DNA of 64,000 nucleotides from positions 14,224 to 78,223 of the forward strand of contig OZ246412.1 in NCBI GenBank assembly GCA_965231075.1, written 5' to 3'. The DNA is from an uncultured Candidatus Saccharibacteria bacterium. GTDB lineage: Bacteria; Patescibacteriota; Minisyncoccia; RBG-13-40-8-A. Numbering within the stretch: position 1 is the stretch's first letter; each line of letters starts with the position of its first letter. The position numbers were made by a program, and so were the translations under genes. The notes beneath the pieces were generated by a model. The model was not told where the DNA came from and made no database searches. It worked only from the letters and a program-made list of their open reading frames with translations. Positions 28,034 to 36,937 of the stretch are shown in pieces.

Positions 28034-29374
28034 ATGAAACAAGAAAAAAAGAAAAGAGGAAGGCCATCGAAGCCAAGAAAACCCAAAATTGCTAAAATAA
28101 AAATTCAAGCACCAAAGGGAGTGCACGATATTTTGCCCGACGATCAAAAATATTGGGAAAAGCTTTATGCTGTAATTACCCAGGTTTTGCCAGGGTATGG
28201 ATTTAAAAGAATCGATGTTCCAGTTTTCGAAGATGCGCGTCTCTATTTAAGGGGCACCGGTTCAACTACGGATATTGTGCAAAAAGAAATGTATACCTTT
28301 AAAAAGGGCGATGCAGAAACTTTTGCGCTTCGCCCGGAATTTACTCCGGGAATTGTGCGGGCATATATTGAACACGGAATGAAAAACCTGCCACAGCCAG
28401 TAAAGCTTTATACCACTGGACCACTGTTTAGACACGATAAACCACAGGCGGGCAGATACAGACAATTTAATCAAATTGATTGGGAAATCATTGGTGATCA
28501 GGGAGCAGTAAGTGACGTGCAGGTCATCCAAACATTTACAAGTATTCTAAAAAAACTTAACCTTAAAAAATACACATTATATATTAATAGTATTGGTTGT
28601 CCGATTTGTGTCCCAAAATATAAAAAGGCACTGATTGGTTATTATAAACAACACCTTAACAGTGTTTGTCCAGATTGTCATCGCCGATTTAAAGAAAACC
28701 CATTAAGATTGTTGGACTGTAAAAACGAAAAATGTCAGAAGACGTCTTTAAAATCACCACAGATATTAGATTTTCTTTGCGATGAATGTCACAAACATTT
28801 TAAAGAAGTATTAGAATTTCTCGATGAATTAAACATTCCTTATCAACTGAATCCTCAACTGGTCCGAGGTCTTGATTATTATACAAAAACCGTTTTTGAG
28901 TTTTATGAAGACACCAAAGAAACTTCGTCACAGGGAGCATTAATGGGCGGGGGAAGATACGATAATCTTGTAGAGATGTTTAAGGGTAGATCGACGCCGG
29001 GAGTGGGTGCGGCAGCGGGAATGGAGCGATTGATAAACGTAGTCAAAAAACAAGATGTTAAATTAATCGAGAAAGAAAAAGCCAAAGTGTTCTTGATCCA
29101 ATTGGGTGACATGGGAAAGAAAAAATGTTTAAAATTGTTTGAAGAATTTCACGCCAAAGGAATTAAAATTGGCGAGGCATTTTCTAAAGAAAGCATTAAG
29201 TCACAATTAAAGGTCGCAGACAAAGAGGGCGCAGAGTGGGCATTAATTATGGGTCAACGAGAAGCACTTGAAGACACTATAATCATTAAAGACATGAAAA
29301 CCGGCGCCCAAGAAACAATAAGATTAGACAGAATAATTAACGAAGTTAAAAAAAGAATAGATTCACCCCGTTAA
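28034..29374 (+). CDS. hisS: histidyl-tRNA synthetase
   Basis: Class II motifs (ALRPEFTPGIVRAY, GGGRYDNLV), Cys-rich insertion, C-terminal anticodon-binding domain. Confidence 0.9.
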   Translation: MKQEKKKRGRPSKPRKPKIAKIKIQAPKGVHDILPDDQKYWEKLYAVITQVLPGYGFKRIDVPVFEDARLYLRGTGSTTDIVQKEMYTFKKGDAETFALRPEFTPGIVRAYIEHGMKNLPQPVKLYTTGPLFRHDKPQAGRYRQFNQIDWEIIGDQGAVSDVQVIQTFTSILKKLNLKKYTLYINSIGCPICVPKYKKALIGYYKQHLNSVCPDCHRRFKENPLRLLDCKNEKCQKTSLKSPQILDFLCDECHKHFKEVLEFLDELNIPYQLNPQLVRGLDYYTKTVFEFYEDTKETSSQGALMGGGRYDNLVEMFKGRSTPGVGAAAGMERLINVVKKQDVKLIEKEKAKVFLIQLGDMGKKKCLKLFEEFHAKGIKIGEAFSKESIKSQLKVADKEGAEWALIMGQREALEDTIIIKDMKTGAQETIRLDRIINEVKKRIDSPR

Positions 29375-29420
29375 ATCCCGCGGAGCGGGTTCGCCGAAGG
29401 CGAAATTTAACAGGGGTAAA
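29361..29420 (+). repeat. 60-nt structured repeat element, copy A (terminal inverted repeats CCCCGTTAAAT/ATTTAACAGGGG enclosing two hairpins); overlaps the hisS stop codon, upstream of rpsU
   Basis: 56/60 identity to copy B at 30691-30750; the differences are compensatory within hairpin stems. Confidence 0.6.
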
Positions 29421-29432
29421 GTAAAACAATAT

Positions 29433-29645
29433 ATGCAGGTTACAAAAAAACCAAAAGAAAACGTGTCTTCTTTAATGAGACGATTCTCGCAAAAGGTGAG
29501 GGAAAGCGGAATTTTAATGGAAGCAAAAAAATCGCAATTTCGCACAAAACCACAAAGCCGAATTACGCGCAGAAAGGGTGCCTTGGAGAGAGTCTCAATT
29601 AGAAAAGCAAAAATGCGTTTAAGAAAATTTGGAAAAACTAAATAA
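29433..29645 (+). CDS. rpsU: 30S ribosomal protein S21
   Basis: ENVSSLMRRFSQKVRESGILMEAKKSQFRTKPQSRITRRK aligns with the S21 family. Confidence 0.8.
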   Translation: MQVTKKPKENVSSLMRRFSQKVRESGILMEAKKSQFRTKPQSRITRRKGALERVSIRKAKMRLRKFGKTK

Positions 29646-29661
29646 TTAATTTTTCAAAAAT

Positions 29662-30150
29662 ATGTTACGAGAAAAAATTAATGGTGATATCAAGCAAGCA
29701 ATGATTGCGAAGCAAGAGTTGTTGCTTTTGGTTTTAAGGGGGATTAATTCCTCGATAAAAAATAAGGAAATCGAGAAAAGAACAAAACTTGTTAAAACAG
29801 AGAAGGATCTCACAAAAGTTGATGAATTATGCAAATTAAACGACGAAGAAATAATCGACGTAATTTCTAGTGAAGCCAAAAAACGAAAAGACTCGATCGA
29901 AGAATTCACTAAGGGCAACAGAATGGACTTAGTGGAAAAAGAACAAAAAGAATTAGAAATTTTAAAACAATATTTGCCAGAACAAATGTCGGAAGACGCA
30001 GTAAGAGAGATTATCAAGAAAGCAATCGAAGAAACCGGTGCGGCCGGACCAAAAGACACGGGAAAAGTAATGGCAAAAATTATGCCACAAGTCAAAGGCA
30101 AAGCTGACGGTTCATTGGTCAGTAAAATCGTTGGGGAATTATTAAAATAA
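29662..30150 (+). CDS. GatB/YqeY domain protein
   Basis: C-terminal ...KQYLPEQMSEDAVREIIKKAIEETGAAGPKDTGKVMAKIMPQVKGKADGSLVSKIV is the YqeY/GatB C-terminal signature; the rpsU-yqeY adjacency is conserved. Confidence 0.75.
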   Translation: MLREKINGDIKQAMIAKQELLLLVLRGINSSIKNKEIEKRTKLVKTEKDLTKVDELCKLNDEEIIDVISSEAKKRKDSIEEFTKGNRMDLVEKEQKELEILKQYLPEQMSEDAVREIIKKAIEETGAAGPKDTGKVMAKIMPQVKGKADGSLVSKIVGELLK

Positions 30151-30161
30151 ATAACAAATAT

Positions 30162-30299
30162 ATGAACAACGAAACAAATATTTTTGCGAAAAAATTGCCG
30201 GGATGGATTTTTGTTGTCGCCATGTTTTTTGCAGCAGTGGCCGTGGTCTTAATTGCTCAGGGCGCATTTTTGATTATTGACGACATGAGCAAGATATAA
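30162..30299 (+). CDS. possible small (45 aa) membrane protein
   Basis: ATG ORF with one strongly hydrophobic helix (WIFVVAMFFAAVAVVLIAQGAFLII); no clear SD; below the ORF-track length cutoff. Confidence 0.3.
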   Translation: MNNETNIFAKKLPGWIFVVAMFFAAVAVVLIAQGAFLIIDDMSKI

Positions 30300-30302
30300 T
30301 AA

Positions 30303-30704
30303 ATGAAAGTTGAGATAAATAAATTGGTTCCCGACAAGATTGATTTTGAATTTTTAGAGAAATTTGTACAAAAGGTTTTAAAATTGGTAAAATTAAATAT
30401 TCCCGAATTAAGTGTGGTTTTAGTTTGCGACGCACGGATGAAATCTATAAACAAAAAATATCGCAACAAAAACAAAACCACAGATGTGCTGTCGTTTGAT
30501 TACGGAGAAGTAATCGTTTGTTTAAATCAAGCCAAAAGACAAGCAAAAAAAGAGAAACACTCAATCGAAGACGAATTAGAAACACTATTACTTCATGGTA
30601 TACTTCATTTGGCAGGTTACGATGACCAAACAAATGATGGCTATGGAAAAATGGTCAACAAGCAAAATCAAGTTTTAAGAAAAATGAAAAATTCACCCCG
30701 TTAA
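30303..30704 (+). CDS. ybeY: rRNA maturation endoribonuclease YbeY
   Basis: LLHGILHLAGYDDQ (H3xH5xH zinc motif region) and the typical ~130-aa length. Confidence 0.8.
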   Translation: MKVEINKLVPDKIDFEFLEKFVQKVLKLVKLNIPELSVVLVCDARMKSINKKYRNKNKTTDVLSFDYGEVIVCLNQAKRQAKKEKHSIEDELETLLLHGILHLAGYDDQTNDGYGKMVNKQNQVLRKMKNSPR

Positions 30705-30750
30705 ATCCCACGAAGTGGGTTCGCCAAAGGCGAAATTTAACAGGGGTAAA
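30691..30750 (+). repeat. 60-nt structured repeat element, copy B; overlaps the ybeY stop codon, immediately upstream of the ftsA SD
   Basis: See copy A; stem CCCAC/GTGGG here versus CCCGC/GCGGG in copy A. Confidence 0.6.
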
Positions 30751-30759
30751 AAAGGAGGT

Positions 30760-32019
30760 ATGGGAAGAAATCAAATCATAGTTGGGCTAGATGTTGGCAC
30801 GAGCAAAGTAAGAACCGTGGCGGCATCAATCAGAACCAAAGAAGAAGCAAAACCAAGAATTATTGGTATTGGTGAAAGTGGTTCTTTTGGTATGCGCAAG
30901 GGCATGGTCGTAGACATTGAAGAAATGACCAAGAGTATCAAAAAATCAATTGAACAAGCCGAAAGAATGATTGGCGATTCGATTGATAAAGTTTATGTGG
31001 CAGTTGGGGGAAGTCACATCAAAGCCAGAAATAGCAAAGGAGTAGCCGCGGTTTCGCGAGCCGATAATAATGAATTTACCGACGGCGATATGAATCGTGC
31101 AATCACCAATGCTTCTGCCGTCTCTTTGGGGCCGAATAAAGAAATTTTAGATATTATTTCGCAGGAATTTAATATTGATGGTCAAGGCGGAATACAAGAT
31201 CCACGCGGTATGAGCGGAGTGAGATTAGAAGTTGATACCTTAATTATTGAAGGTCAGGCACAATATTTGAAAAATTTAAGAAAATGTTTAACTTTAAATA
31301 GAATTGAACCAGAAGCGTTAATTTTAGATGTATTAGCGGCGTCAGATGCAGTACTTTCAAAGAAACAAAAGGAGTTGGGTGTTTTGGTTTTAGACCTAGG
31401 CGCGGGTACGACCGGCATGGCCGTATATGAAGAAGGCAAACTACTGGATGTCCAAATCCTACCAATCGGCTCTAGCCACATTACTTATGACATAGCCATT
31501 GGCCTAAAAACCAGTCCCGACGTTGCCGAAAAAGTTAAAATTGCTTATGGTACCTGTTTGCCCGAAGAAATTGGCAAGAAAGACATTATCGACTTATCAA
31601 AAATAGATGAAAATGAAGAAGGGGTTGCTAGCAGAAAAGAAATGTCGCGGATTATCGAAGCAAGGATTGATGAAATTTTCGAATTGGTAAATAAAGAACT
31701 AAAAAGAATTGGCAGAGAAAGAAAATTGCCATCGGGGGTTATTTTGGTTGGTGGCGGTTCAAAAATATCTGGAATTATTGATTTAGCGAAAGACAAATTG
31801 AAATTAAATGTTCAAATTGGGTATCCGCAAGAAATTGATGGATTAGTAGACAAGGTTGACGACCCAGGATTTGCCACAGCCGTAGGACTAATTCATAAAG
31901 CCATGGAACTACAAGACAGGGGGGAAGATATAAGAATTCCGCTCATCGGAAATTTAAATCATAAAAGTAAAGGATTGTTGGATAGGGTTAAAAAGATATT
32001 TCGACCGTTTATCCCATAG
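30760..32019 (+). CDS. ftsA: cell division protein FtsA
   Basis: Start at ATG 30760 preceded by AAAGGAGG; IVGLDVGTSKVRTVAA...actin-like ATPase motifs; the GTG-extended track ORF (30715) would read through the repeat element. Confidence 0.85.
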   Translation: MGRNQIIVGLDVGTSKVRTVAASIRTKEEAKPRIIGIGESGSFGMRKGMVVDIEEMTKSIKKSIEQAERMIGDSIDKVYVAVGGSHIKARNSKGVAAVSRADNNEFTDGDMNRAITNASAVSLGPNKEILDIISQEFNIDGQGGIQDPRGMSGVRLEVDTLIIEGQAQYLKNLRKCLTLNRIEPEALILDVLAASDAVLSKKQKELGVLVLDLGAGTTGMAVYEEGKLLDVQILPIGSSHITYDIAIGLKTSPDVAEKVKIAYGTCLPEEIGKKDIIDLSKIDENEEGVASRKEMSRIIEARIDEIFELVNKELKRIGRERKLPSGVILVGGGSKISGIIDLAKDKLKLNVQIGYPQEIDGLVDKVDDPGFATAVGLIHKAMELQDRGEDIRIPLIGNLNHKSKGLLDRVKKIFRPFIP

Positions 32020-32077
32020 CTCTTGATTATTTTTTTGATTTGATATAGTATGGAATTCTAGTAAAATACTATAGAAT

Positions 32078-33229
32078 ATGCCTCAAATCAAACCAGAAAT
32101 TGAAACATTTGCCCGCATCAAAGTTGTGGGAGTTGGTGGGAGTGGTGGAAATGCTCTCGGTCGCATGATGTCCTGCGGGATTAAGGGCGTTGATTTTGTT
32201 GCTATCAACACAGATGTTCAAGCATTACACAACAATAAAGCGCAACACAAGATTCATATTGGAAAGGTGTTAACAAGAGGCATGGGTGCAGGAATGAATC
32301 CGGAAGTTGGCAGAAGAGCGGCGGAAGAAAACAAAGAAGAAATTCAACAAGCGCTTCGTGGTTCAGACATGGTTTTTATAACATGTGGCTTGGGTGGCGG
32401 TACCGGTTCAGGTGCTTCAGCTGTTGTGGCAGAACTTGCCAGAGAAACAGGAGCATTAACCGTGGCTGTTGTCACCAAGCCTTTTTCTTTTGAAGGAACA
32501 CAAAGATCAAGAATCGCTGAAGAAGCACTGGCAGAATTAAAACAAAAAGTAGACACAATCATTGTTATTCCTAATGATCGTTTATTAAATGTAATCGACA
32601 AGAAAATTTCTTTATTGAATGCATTCGGAATTGTTGATGATGTTTTGCGTCAAGCAGTGCAAGGAATCTCTGATCTGATTATTTATCCCGGAATTGTTAA
32701 TTTGGATTTTGCTGATATTAAAACAATTATGGAAAATTCAGGACCGGCAATTATGGGTATTGGACGCGCTACAGGAGAAGAGAGAGCGATTGAGGCCGCT
32801 AAAGCAGCGATTAGTTCTCCGTTGCTTGAATTCTCAATTGAGGGCGCAAAGGGAGTTTTGTTTAATGTTACCGGTGGTTCTGATTTGGGAATGATTGAGG
32901 TTGCCGAGGCAGCAAAAGTAATCACTGAATCAGCAGATCGAGATGCAAAAGTTATCTTTGGTGCGGTGATTGATGATAAAATCAAAAAGGGTGAAATTAA
33001 AATCACGGTTATTGCAACCGGTTTTAATCATAATGGATCAAGCCACTCTAATCAAATGTCGTTGGCTTCGGAAATGAATGCACCAATTAATGTCGAAGTT
33101 GAAAAAAGAAGAATAATTAGTAAAGAAATTACCAAAGAAGAAAACGCAAAAACCGGATACAAAAGTCCACTAGCTGACGACAACGATGATGAATGGGACA
33201 TTCCTACATTTTTAAGAAAAAAGAAATAA
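32078..33229 (+). CDS. ftsZ: cell division protein FtsZ
   Basis: GVGGSGGNALGRMM and GLGGGTGSGA tubulin signature. Confidence 0.9.
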   Translation: MPQIKPEIETFARIKVVGVGGSGGNALGRMMSCGIKGVDFVAINTDVQALHNNKAQHKIHIGKVLTRGMGAGMNPEVGRRAAEENKEEIQQALRGSDMVFITCGLGGGTGSGASAVVAELARETGALTVAVVTKPFSFEGTQRSRIAEEALAELKQKVDTIIVIPNDRLLNVIDKKISLLNAFGIVDDVLRQAVQGISDLIIYPGIVNLDFADIKTIMENSGPAIMGIGRATGEERAIEAAKAAISSPLLEFSIEGAKGVLFNVTGGSDLGMIEVAEAAKVITESADRDAKVIFGAVIDDKIKKGEIKITVIATGFNHNGSSHSNQMSLASEMNAPINVEVEKRRIISKEITKEENAKTGYKSPLADDNDDEWDIPTFLRKKK

Positions 33230-33311
33230 TTGATTCAGAAAATTTATTTTGATATAATTAAATCTCACTCAAAAAGTGAGATTTAAAATTCTTTAAAACA
33301 GGGAGGGCATT

Positions 33312-33617
33312 GTGAGAAAGAGAAGCGTCGAAGAGGAAATCAGACTTTTAAAGGGGGATCTTTATAATCGCAAAAGAAAATATCAGGTGTTTTTTCTTCT
33401 TTTGTTTATTCTATATTTGATTGCGCCAATTTTTAAAATCCACGAATTTTTTGGAGAAGAAATTATTACTAACTTCTTCGGAGATAAGCTTTGGGATTAT
33501 TATTTGTCGGGATTCTTAATACTTATTAGCGTTGCGTTGGTGATGATCCCAAGAAAAAAAATTTCCGACAGAAGAGACAAGAAAGTTCTAAAAGATGAGT
33601 ACAAAATTATAGTCTAA
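33312..33617 (+). CDS. hypothetical two-helix membrane protein
   Basis: ORF track (starts at GTG after an AGGGAGGG Shine-Dalgarno); two predicted TM segments. Confidence 0.4.
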   Translation: MRKRSVEEEIRLLKGDLYNRKRKYQVFFLLLFILYLIAPIFKIHEFFGEEIITNFFGDKLWDYYLSGFLILISVALVMIPRKKISDRRDKKVLKDEYKIIV

Positions 33618-33631
33618 AACGCATTCTCTGG

Positions 33632-33670
33632 GCGAATTTACCACTGAGTGAATTCGCTCGTTTTATTTGT
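33632..33670 (+). terminator. rho-independent terminator
   Basis: GCGAATT...AATTCGC hairpin followed by TCGTTTTATTTGTTTT. Confidence 0.45.
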
Positions 33671-33790
33671 TTTAATTTGACTTGCTTTAATTTTTTTAAT
33701 TGTTTAAAATTAAGTATTAAATTAGTTTTTTAATATTTTAAAATGGGTTATAATGATATTTCATATCACTAACTTACTAAGTAATGGGTC

Positions 33791-35890
33791 ATGAAAAATA
33801 AATTTACGCAATTAAAAAAAAGAGATGGACGAATCGTTGATTTTGATCAAGATAAAGTTACCGAAGCAATTTTTAAAGCGTTGACAGCTACCAACAAGGG
33901 AGGGCGAGGTATCGCCAAAAAACTCTCCGATAAAGTGGTAGTTTTTTTAAACAAGAGATTTAAAAAAGATCACATTCCCACAGTTGAAGAGATCCAAGAC
34001 TTAGTTGAAGAAGTCTTGATTCTGGCCGATTACGCGGAAACTGCGCGTTCATATATTTTGTATCGTGAACAACGAAGGAAGGTTAGAGAGATTGAAAAAG
34101 CGACCCAAGAGAGTGTGGATATGGTAAGTAGTTATGTTGAAGAACTTGATTGGCAGGTCCACGAGAACAGTAACATGAATTATTCTTTACAGGGACTTCA
34201 TGACTATACCTCGAGTTCAATTACAAAAATTTATTGGTTAAATAAAGTTTATCCTCAAGAAATACGTGAAGCAGTACAATCCGGAGATTTTCATATTCAT
34301 GATTTGGGATATTTGGCTCCTTATTGCTGTGGTTGGGATTTAACCGATCTACTGATGAAGGGATTTAAAGGTGTGTCAGGGAAAATTGAAACCAAACCAG
34401 CGAAACATTTTCGTACAGCCTTAAATCATATCGTAAATTTCTTTTATACATTACAAGGCGAAACCGCTGGAGCAGAAGCGTTTTCTAGTTTTGATACATT
34501 GCTCGCCCCGTTTATCCGTTACGATAAGCTTGATTACGAACAGGTCAAACAATGCTTACAAGAATTTTTATTCGGTTGTAACGTACCCACGCGCGTTGGA
34601 TTTCAAACTCCGTTCACCAATATAACCATGGATTTAATTGTTCCCAATAATATAAAAGACAATCCAGTAATCATTGGCGGGAAACCACAGAAAGAAACCT
34701 ACAAAGAATTTCAAAAAGAAATGGACATGTTAAACAGAGCATTTGCGGAATTAATGGCAGAAGGAGATGCAACCGGGAGAGTGTTTACCTTTCCCATACC
34801 AACATATAATATCACTAAGGACTTTCAATGGGACAATCCAGTGTTGGATTCGGTTTGGGAAATGACTGCAAAGTATGGAATTCCGTATTTTGCAAATTTT
34901 ATCAACAGCGAAATGAGTCCTGAGGATGCTCGTTCAATGTGTTGTCGTTTACGATTAGACAACAGAGAGCTATATAAAAGAGGAGGGGGTTTGTTTGGCG
35001 CGGCACCATTAACTGGTTCTGTGGGCGTAGTGACGATTAATTTGCCAAGAATTGGATATCTTTCGAAGACTAAAGAAGAATTTTTAAATCGTTTAAAGAA
35101 TTTAATGGATCTAGCCAAGGATTCTTTAGAAATAAAAAGAAAAACCGTTGAGACATTTACCGAGAAAGGATTGTATCCTTACGCTAAATATTATTTAGAG
35201 GGCGTGAAAAAGATGCGCGGAAGTTATTGGGGTAATCATTTTTCAACTATCGGATTAATTGGTATGAATGAAGCGTTATTGAATTTTATGAAGAAAGATA
35301 TCACCAGCTCTGAAGGAAGAAAATTTGCAATCGAAGTTTTGGAATTTATGCGCGAAAGAATGAAAATGTATCAAGAATCAACGGGGAACATGTATAACCT
35401 AGAAGCATCTCCCAGCGAAGGTACCTCTTATCGTTTAGCAAAAATGGACAGAAAACAATATCCCAACATTATTACCGCCGGAAACGGTGAACCGTATTAT
35501 ACAAATTCCACACAATTGCCAGTAGATTATACTGACGATCTATTCGAGGCACTAAAAATCCAGGATGATCTACAAACCAAATACACTGGTGGAACAGTAT
35601 TTCATGGATTTATCGGTGAAAAAATTTCTGACAATGAAACCGTAAAAAGTTTAATTAAAAAAGTATTTACTAAATTCCACTTACCATATTTCACGCTCAC
35701 GCCCACATTTAGTATTTGTCCGACACATGGTTACATTAATGGAGAGCACTTTGCTTGTCCTAAATGTACAATCGAACAACCCTGTGAAGTTTATTCGAGA
35801 ATTGTGGGATATATTAGGCCCGTACAACAATGGAACAAGGGGAAGCAACAGGAATTTAGGGAAAGAAAAGAATTTAAACCAAAAGTTTAA
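33791..35890 (+). CDS. nrdD: anaerobic ribonucleoside-triphosphate reductase (class III)
   Basis: N-terminal ATP-cone (KKRDGRIVDFDQDKVTEAIFKAL), C-terminal glycyl-radical motif SRIVGYIRPV with a CPKC zinc site. Confidence 0.9.
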   Translation: MKNKFTQLKKRDGRIVDFDQDKVTEAIFKALTATNKGGRGIAKKLSDKVVVFLNKRFKKDHIPTVEEIQDLVEEVLILADYAETARSYILYREQRRKVREIEKATQESVDMVSSYVEELDWQVHENSNMNYSLQGLHDYTSSSITKIYWLNKVYPQEIREAVQSGDFHIHDLGYLAPYCCGWDLTDLLMKGFKGVSGKIETKPAKHFRTALNHIVNFFYTLQGETAGAEAFSSFDTLLAPFIRYDKLDYEQVKQCLQEFLFGCNVPTRVGFQTPFTNITMDLIVPNNIKDNPVIIGGKPQKETYKEFQKEMDMLNRAFAELMAEGDATGRVFTFPIPTYNITKDFQWDNPVLDSVWEMTAKYGIPYFANFINSEMSPEDARSMCCRLRLDNRELYKRGGGLFGAAPLTGSVGVVTINLPRIGYLSKTKEEFLNRLKNLMDLAKDSLEIKRKTVETFTEKGLYPYAKYYLEGVKKMRGSYWGNHFSTIGLIGMNEALLNFMKKDITSSEGRKFAIEVLEFMRERMKMYQESTGNMYNLEASPSEGTSYRLAKMDRKQYPNIITAGNGEPYYTNSTQLPVDYTDDLFEALKIQDDLQTKYTGGTVFHGFIGEKISDNETVKSLIKKVFTKFHLPYFTLTPTFSICPTHGYINGEHFACPKCTIEQPCEVYSRIVGYIRPVQQWNKGKQQEFRERKEFKPKV

Positions 35891-35895
35891 AATCT

Positions 35896-36594
35896 ATGAA
35901 AATAGGGGGTTTGCAAAAACTAACTCTCGTTGATTATCCAAACAAAATTGCAGCAACAGTGTTTTTAACTGGCTGCAATTTTAAGTGTGGCTTTTGTCAC
36001 AATTTCGACATTGTTGATCCCGACCTTGCGTCGGGACGAGTTCCAATTACCGAAAAAGAATTTTTTGACTTTTTAAAATCAAAACAAGGACTAATTGACG
36101 GAATCTGTGTTACCGGCGGAGAACCCACGATCAATGCTGACTTGATTAATTTTATAAAAAGAATAAAAGAATTAAATTTCTCAATTAAATTAGACACAAA
36201 TGGGAGCAATCCATCGATGCTAAAAGAGCTGATCGATCAGAAATTATTAGATTTCGTTGCCATGGATATTAAAACGAGTCCAGAAAAATATACAAAAGCG
36301 GTTGGCACAGAAATCAATATAGACAATATCAAGAAAAGCGTAGAAATAATCAGAAAATCAAAAATTGATTACGAATTTAGAACCACAGTTGTGCCGGGGA
36401 TAGTTGACAGAGAAGACGTTGAAAAACTTGGCAAATGGTTGAAGGGTGCGAAAAAATTCTCTTTACAGCAGTTCAGAAATCAAAAAGTTTTGAATAAAGA
36501 ATTCGAAAAAATCGTACCGTATTGGGACGATACATTAAAAGAGTTTAAAAAGATATTAGAAAAATATATTAAAAACGTCGAACTAAGAATTTGA
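35896..36594 (+). CDS. nrdG: anaerobic RNR activating protein (radical SAM)
   Basis: CNFKCGFCHN (CxxxCxxC) near the N-terminus; adjacent to nrdD. Confidence 0.85.
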   Translation: MKIGGLQKLTLVDYPNKIAATVFLTGCNFKCGFCHNFDIVDPDLASGRVPITEKEFFDFLKSKQGLIDGICVTGGEPTINADLINFIKRIKELNFSIKLDTNGSNPSMLKELIDQKLLDFVAMDIKTSPEKYTKAVGTEINIDNIKKSVEIIRKSKIDYEFRTTVVPGIVDREDVEKLGKWLKGAKKFSLQQFRNQKVLNKEFEKIVPYWDDTLKEFKKILEKYIKNVELRI

Positions 36595-36618
36595 CTTTAT
36601 AAGTAGAAAGAGTATATT
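36591..36618 (+). promoter_or_regulatory. sigma70-type promoter TTGACT - 16 bp - TATATT
   Basis: Overlaps the nrdG stop codon; AAGGAGG Shine-Dalgarno at 36625 and ATG at 36636. Confidence 0.35.
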
Positions 36619-36635
36619 AGAATCAAGGAGGACTT

Positions 36636-36845
36636 ATGAACATTTTAAAAAATAAAGTTTGGACGTGTTCGGGGTGCAATTGTCAGAACCCGGAAAGTCG
36701 TGCCACGTGTTTTAATTGTGGCACGCTGAAAGTGCTACTGGTCACCAAAGAGCCGGTGCTCGACTTTGGTCCTGATTACTCCGGCGATGGTCACCAAGAA
36801 GAAATTCAAATGCAACGAGATCATGGCCTAGACCCGATTGAATGA
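36636..36845 (+). CDS. small RanBP2-type zinc-finger protein, compositionally atypical (GC-rich)
   Basis: WTCSGCNCQNPESRATCFNCG fits W-x-C-x2-C-x3-N-x6-C-x2-C exactly; ~50% GC; own promoter, SD and terminator. Confidence 0.55.
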   Translation: MNILKNKVWTCSGCNCQNPESRATCFNCGTLKVLLVTKEPVLDFGPDYSGDGHQEEIQMQRDHGLDPIE

Positions 36846-36865
36846 ATTACATTTCCGGACATTAT

Positions 36866-36893
36866 GAGGGACTCTCGTGTCCCTCTTTTTTTA
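36866..36893 (+). terminator. GC hairpin terminator
   Basis: GAGGGACTCTCGTGTCCCTC followed by TTTTTTT. Confidence 0.55.
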
Positions 36894-36937
36894 TTTAATA
36901 CTTGTTTCAGGCCCATTGAAGATGTAAAATTGAATTA

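Noticed and set aside
29361-30750. Possibility that the two 60-nt direct repeats flank a mobile segment (rpsU-yqeY-ybeY)
   Set aside because: The enclosed genes are conserved housekeeping neighbours (rpsU-yqeY, ybeY), there is no transposase or integrase, and no target-site duplication is evident. The elements are more likely independent cis-elements.
30715-30759. GTG-initiated 5' extension of ftsA in the ORF track
   Set aside because: It would translate through the structured repeat element, and a canonical AAAGGAGG-N5-ATG start follows at 30760.
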